DNA of 64,000 nucleotides from the human T2T-CHM13v2.0 reference genome, Homo sapiens. The stretch lies in NCBI RefSeq assembly GCF_009914755.1, contig NC_060929.1; one strand, written 5' to 3'. The position numbers and the translations under genes were made by a program. Of the stretch, positions 59,108-64,000 are shown piece after piece (position 1 is the first letter of the stretch; each line of letters opens with the position of its first letter). Under the pieces are notes generated by a model, which saw nothing but the letters and a program-made list of their open reading frames with translations, searched no databases and was not told where the DNA came from.

Positions 59108-59160
59108 CATAGTATAGAAACCTCTTACATAGTATAGAAACCTCTTGGTAGTATAGAAAC
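59108..59160. repeat. About 20-bp tandem repeat, 2.6 copies
   Basis: catagtatagaaacctctt(a) twice, then tagtatagaaac. Confidence 0.9.
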
Positions 59161-62100
59161 ACATCTTTTAAAATCCAAATTAACAAAACAGAAATGGATA
59201 ATTTTATAAAAAATATTTTTTCTTACGGGTTTTACATTTATAAGGGTAATTTTATTTATTTTTGTGAATAAAAAGCTATCATTTCAGGCACATAATAGAC
59301 TGAAGAAAGTTTTCTAACAATAGATGATTTCCACAAAAATTATTCACTGTGCATTAACATAATGTCTTTAGAGAGTTGTTCTAATATCAGAATTAGAAAT
59401 TTTAGTTTTCAAAAATTTACTGAATAAATAAATATTTCTGTGTAAAGTAAAAGTCCAAATCACATTTTATAAAGGATTATAGACTAAGTCAGTGTTCCTA
59501 TTTCCCTTTACATGGATGTCCATAAAGCAAATGTAATCCTGGCTATGGATGTCTTATGCATGCAAACCCTGTAGATTGCTGAATGTTTGGCAAAGATAAT
59601 TATATATTTTGGCTTGGCATGTGGAAACAGCAAACTTTTCCACTTTCCATTATGTAAATTAGCAGTGGAAATAGCTCTATATTTCTCTATGATGTGATCT
59701 TGCTAAATATAGGTAATGTAGATTCATTTCTATTAGAAGGAATAATTTGCCACGAACTGATGGTCAAGTTTTTGGTATAACTTAAATATCATTTTGATAT
59801 TTGTTCATTGTGTGGAACCTCAGTCTCTTTTAACAATGTATTTTTTTCTCCTGAACATCTAAGTCATTATAGGCTCTAGCAAAATTGATTAGACTTTTCT
59901 GATGACTTTTGTTTTATATCTTCATGTTTTATATTTTTTATGAAGAAAACCACTGTATTTTTGCCTAAGGAAAAGGACTTGAGTCTTGTCATGATATGTG
60001 TTGCTTCTATATCTCTTGTTTCTTTGTGAGCCTATCATAATCCTTGGGACTGCTGAAATGTGAGCAATCAAACTGAAACAAAGATTTAAAAACTATAAGT
60101 TTAATTTTGGTGATAAAATGATTAGACATTAAATTACCTAACCCAAGAAGAAAATATTTAATGAAGCAATAAAGTAGTTTATAAATTATATCCCACTATC
60201 AGTTTAGCAAGTATTTGAATATTATATTCAAATAAGTAAAGTTACATTTAAGCCACCCACTCAGATGAGAGTATATTCTTTTCACATTTATAGATAATAA
60301 TGGTATAATTTAGTGAACCTTAAGCAAATAGTTTACAATTAAATTTAAATATTGCTGAAGCCCCTCTTTTTCCTCAAAGTGCTTAGAAATGTTACACCTT
60401 TGAGGTAACCTAATGTTCATTTGTGGCTCTAGAAGACAATGGACAGGAAAGAGAAAAGTTAATCTCAAGGCAGTCAGGCACAAATAGCACTGATTGCCTG
60501 TTACTTTGCAAAGCATTATGTGGTATGTTCTATTTTTAAATTTCACTTTACTGTTTTTACTTTCATTCAATTGTTAATCAGAAATATCTCCTCTGTGGAG
60601 ATGTTTTTATCATTCTTGGAACTGCATGGAGATTTCCCTTTAATAATACTACTGTTTGCAGAAGTCCCAGGCATGTGACCTTAAAACAAAACAAAACAAA
60701 ACAAAAAGGCAAATCATTTTCCTACTTTTAGTATGTGGTTAGGAATGAGTTGGCTCATTCACATCAAGCCTAATTTGATGTGAGTTAGTATGAACCTTTG
60801 ACAAAATCCATGGTTTAGAATTTAGACTGGAAGGAGACAATAAATCTTACTGTTTAAATCACCCAACAGAGTAACAGTACTGTTTGTAACATTTCTCCAG
60901 CCTTCTTTCCCAAATCTGTTACTCTGTGATGTAAAGCCTTGGTTACTTTTCAGTACTTTTAAATTTGTTTGCAGAAGGTGGAACCCAGAAAATGTGCCCA
61001 TCATTGAGTGCTCTAAGTTTAGCTGAGGAAAGCAAGGACGTGGTAATATTTCTGTTCCAAAGAGTTGTATTTATCTGAGTTACAGGACTGGTTTACATAA
61101 ATGAGAAACTAAGATTTTCCATACACCAGGAAAAGTTTCAAAAGGATGGCTTTCGTGCTTGCCACTTCATACCCACCAAATGTTACAAACAAATACTCAT
61201 GTCTGCAGTAAGACATTTGTGGGTGTGCGTAATTGCGGTTCACAAGTCATTCAAGCTCAAGTCTTTTCCAGGTACAAATGAGAAACCCTCAGAAAATGAG
61301 GCTCTCTCTGCATTTTTGGAATGAGTTCAGCTATTAGGTTTAAGAATTTATTTTTTTGCACAAAAGTAGATATATCAGAGGGTCTTTTGTTTCAAGAAGG
61401 AGTTCTAACACCTTTGGTGTAAAATGGCATTCTTGTAATCTTTATCATATGTAACTACATTTTTGGTTGTTGAGATTAGGAGTTGAAGATGTTAAGCTCT
61501 TCAATAGCCTGCATAGTTTTAATTAACTTTTAAATAAGCAGACCTTTTGTAGACAGTTAAGTTTTTAATGTGACTCCATTGCTTACTTTGGCTACTAAAG
61601 TGTCAAATTTGGTTCCAAAACTCATGAGAAGATTCAAAACTCATTCTCTTTTTTTTTTTGTGAAGAAACCAGAAAATATTTCAATAAAGTTACTGGGTTT
61701 AATATCTAGCATTAGTCTTATCTCTTTTAAATAGCAAAATGACTTTGTCTTAGCAAGAATATGAAGCAAGTTCAGGGTTAAAGAAATTCATTTTACCATT
61801 TTACCACTGTATTTTCCATTTTGACATTAAAAAAAAAGCCAAACCTCACCTCACGGGGGTCTCTCTTATTTAGAGGTTTACAACTTAGTTAAGCTATGTA
61901 ATTTTGCTGAACATTTTCAAACTACAAAATATGAAATAGTTGTCGCCGATCATAGAAACCTCTTTACTTTCAAAGTATTTTTGAAGTTGAAAACTTTTCA
62001 TAGTATTTCCTTCAGAAGACGTTTTAACCTTTTCAGTCTTTTGGATGTCATACCTAAAAAGTTGAAGTGTCCCTCAAAAAGCACCTTAGTTAATACTACA

Positions 62101-63053
62101 TTTTTCCTAGAGATTTTTAGATGTCTACATTTATCCTGTGCAGAAGTTCAGCTCCTTAGTGACTTTTCAACTAATCAAATAAGCATTCTCTACAATTAGT
62201 GTTGGTCATATAGTTGATTTATTCCTTAGGAATTAGCATTACTTATTTGATCAAAGTCATTAGATTGCTTTTACTATCTTAGTTTTCCTCTAAATCTTGT
62301 ACAGCATTTTGGGTAGGTTATGGATTGACAGGAGGAGAACATATACACATACATATGTACATTCACATGTGTGCTTTTAGCTTTATGTTTCCAATTTAGT
62401 TAACCAAAGATCCGATGTTTTTAGAAGTAAAGTCAGAGTTGAAACAGATGCAATATATCAGCATAATTTCTCTTCATCACAAAGGCCCTCAATAGAGATA
62501 AACAGCTGCTAATAACAATATACATATAGATTATGTATATACAATATACAGATAGGGTTCCTGAACCAGGAAAGTTCATTTCTTACTATGTCACTGCCCT
62601 TTTTAAGTCACTATTCTATAAGAGCTAACAATCTGTGGGCTATTGCATTTTCATCACTATTCCAGGGAACATGAACTAATAATCTGTGGGCTTCCTTTTA
62701 AGGGAATGTTTATAATTACCAGAGTTTCCTGGTTGTTGAAGTGAACTCAGTGTCAGCAAGGACATGTTCTCATCCAGAGGGAGAAAGCAGAGCTAATACC
62801 CAGGTGTTCTCTGCCACAAACTTACAAGTGCTCCGGAAAGCCCATTTCCCCATAGGTATTAAAGCTGAAATTTATAACTTTGAATTTTAGAGTAACCCAG
62901 TAAGCTCTTGATTATTTTATGTTAGAGAAAAGGACAGAGAAGTATGGCAAACAAAATTCACCAAATTTGTAAAATCACTTATGTTTGGATTTAGAATGAT
63001 TTTTATACTCAGGTTTGAATGTAGCCATATCTGTCATATCTGCTTAGGGGATT

Positions 63054-63096
63054 TATGAAAAATAATCAGTCATACTATGAAAATAATCAGTCATAC
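63054..63096. repeat. 21-22-bp tandem duplication
   Basis: tatgaaaa(a)taatcagtcatac twice. Confidence 0.9.
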
Positions 63097-64000
63097 TATA
63101 AAAATTTGACCTAACAGGAAGTGAGAAGCTGTTTGGTCTATCTCTTTTTGATGAGAAAAGAATATCTTTCAAAAAACAATGGAAGGTGGGGCCATTTTCA
63201 GAACTTTAATGGAATCCTTTTTGTGAATTCCTAACTTCTGTCTGGCATATACTAGGTGCTCAGGAAATGTTTATTGAATGAGTAAATAAGTGAAGTACTT
63301 GTATTCATTGAGGGCTTTAAATGTGTGAGGTGCACAGAATTTAGATATATGAGGACAAAGTCTTGACTCTTAAAATATTTGTTGAGAAGAAACATTCATT
63401 CAGTATTCATCTACTGGATTTTGAATTGTGATGGCCGTGTGAAGCATTCAAGAATGAAGAAGATGAGAGTTTGAAAGGCTATAGTATACAGAAGTATGTA
63501 ATGGGTGCAGGGTTAGAAGCTTGTGAGTAGTTATATATGATACAAGCAGTGTTAAGGAATTTAAGGCAAGAATAGTTGACTTTTGTGAACAAGGAAAGCT
63601 TAATGGAATAGGTAGCATTTAAGCTAGGCCATAAATGTAGCAGGATGAAGCAGGTAGGAAGTAATTTATTTTTGGAGGGGACTTGAGAAAGTACTTGGAA
63701 ACGAGAAAGCACAGGGCCTGATGAGGGCAGGGCACTGTAAAAGGCCTAACTATCTCCACAGGAAAATACTGGGAATAGAAGTGTTGGGCTGGAATGTAGA
63801 GATCTTGAAGCAGACTATTTCGGCTTTCTTTTGGGATCTATTTAATATTTTTGAGTACTATCTTAATGAGATAGATTACAGTGGGGGAAGACTAGAAGCA
63901 AAAAGATCAGTTAGGAATCTGTGGCACTTATCTAAGGGGGAGATTAAAGCTCTTGAAAAAAACACAGAAAAGATGGGGAAAAGTTGGTTGTGAAAAAAGA

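Noticed and set aside
59108-59160. Short direct repeats as a CRISPR-like array
   Set aside because: No unique spacers, fewer than 3 full copies, eukaryotic intron

Overview
AT-rich primate genomic DNA, most likely human. It contains the middle of CWC27 (SDCCAG10), the spliceosomal cyclophilin-like gene, on the + strand. Eight consecutive GT-AG coding exons (inferred exons 3-10, 6039-28522) splice in frame and encode roughly residues 47-313. From 28523 to the end of the window is the start of a very long intron 10. The rest is mostly interspersed repeats (Alu, L1, L2, L3/CR1, MIR, THE1/MLT LTRs, MER/Charlie DNA transposons) and microsatellites. Repeat subfamily names were assigned by eye from remembered consensus sequences, and their boundaries are approximate. 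There is no prokaryote-type system. The main leads concern RNA processing: (1) an in-frame alternative terminal exon at 31735; (2) an exon 7-10 module whose back-spliced circle (339 nt) would be a stop-free endless ORF and which is flanked by oppositely oriented THE1 LTRs; (3) a candidate 9-nt microexon or 200-nt poison exon in intron 7. Other observations are a near-consensus CTCF site, a twin-primed L1 and several template-switch scars.
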